Positions 42,702 through 42,903 of a DNA stretch of 42,903 nucleotides are shown here, piece after piece. The notes beneath the pieces were generated by a model. The model ran no database searches. It saw only the letters and a program-made list of their open reading frames with translations, and was not told the DNA's origin. Position 1 is the first letter of the stretch. Each line of letters begins with the position of its first letter. The stretch comes from a virus: IMG/VR virus record IMGVR_UViG_3300045988_034633. The stretch is one strand, 5' to 3'. The translations under genes and the position numbers were made by a program.

Positions 42702-42903
42702 TGGCAAAGCTTCTGGGGGCAAAAATCGGCAATTTTCACACCCTGACAGATTGGGCCCTGTACCTCAAAGTCGGCAGCCCGAAAATCTCCCCTCCGGAGA
42801 CGGACGAGTACCTTGTGCAGGTGCCCGGGTCGGATACGCTGCTCAACCTGACAAACGCACTGGACGGACGACCGCACTACAAAAAGCGCACCATCACCAT
42901 GGA
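42701..42903 (+). CDS. Distal tail protein, 5' portion (continues at 1-657 via the circular junction)
   Basis: TAATG overlap with the tape measure stop. MAKLLGAKIGNFHTLTDWALYLKVGSPKISPPETDEY... Confidence 0.75.
   Translation, partial: MAKLLGAKIGNFHTLTDWALYLKVGSPKISPPETDEYLVQVPGSDTLLNLTNALDGRPHYKKRTITM
42785..42903. repeat. Terminal overlap, copy 2 (identical to 1-119)
   Basis: Same 119-nt string as the window start. Confidence 0.95.

Larger units (their letters stand above)
1..42903. mobile_element. Complete temperate siphovirus-like phage genome (circular or circularly permuted; unique length 42,784 bp)
   Basis: Full set of terminase, portal, capsid, tail, lysis, integrase/attP, repressor and replication modules. 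The window ends overlap by 119 identical nt. Confidence 0.85.

Overview
The window is a complete temperate siphovirus-type phage genome. The first 119 nt (1-119) are identical to the last 119 nt (42785-42903), so the unique circle is 42,784 bp, and a tail gene reads across the junction (42701 -> 657). All product names come from reading the ORF-track proteins and recalling family patterns. No search was run, so they are hypotheses with the stated confidence.

Gene order on the circle:
- Small and large terminase (28878-30576), portal, and a MuF/SPP1-gp7-like head morphogenesis protein.
- An unusual block of cargo genes that share an N-terminal leader (32986-34962).
- A gp10-like gene, tRNA-Met, scaffold, major capsid, connectors and major tail protein.
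- A G/GT chaperone pair with a T_TTT_TTG -1 slippery site, tape measure, Dit, Tal and a tail fibre.
- A GH25 endolysin and holins, followed by a collagen-like fibre.
- A sigma-like regulator that is split across two frames.
- An accessory region (7738-11820) that includes an operon of Q/N/G-rich low-complexity proteins.
- An attP carrying the 3' half of tRNA-Thr(UGU), next to a tyrosine integrase.
- Two separate XRE-type regulator loci flanking a moron island (14413-16040).
- A switch region with face-to-face consensus-like promoters and an operator array (16421-16586).
- Early genes: antirepressor, a Cas7/RAMP-like protein followed by a 545-bp purine-rich GCAA[AG]G array, a lipoprotein, a 15 x 27-bp repeat protein, RecT, SSB, a DnaD-like initiator with internal iteron-like repeats, a G39P-like loader, a C5-methyltransferase-like gene split at a G6 tract, RusA, and a late activator.
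- An 880-bp tRNA/tRNA-like array between the late activator and terS.

Most interesting candidates:
1. The leader-sharing cargo cassette after MuF.
2. The lone Cas7-like gene with its adjacent repeat-rich region.
3. The aberrant tRNA-like array, which includes a 136-nt tRNA-shaped element with an A33 Lys-type anticodon loop.
4. The low-complexity operon next to attP.

The host is probably a ~55-58% GC Clostridia (Oscillospiraceae-like) bacterium, but that is a guess.
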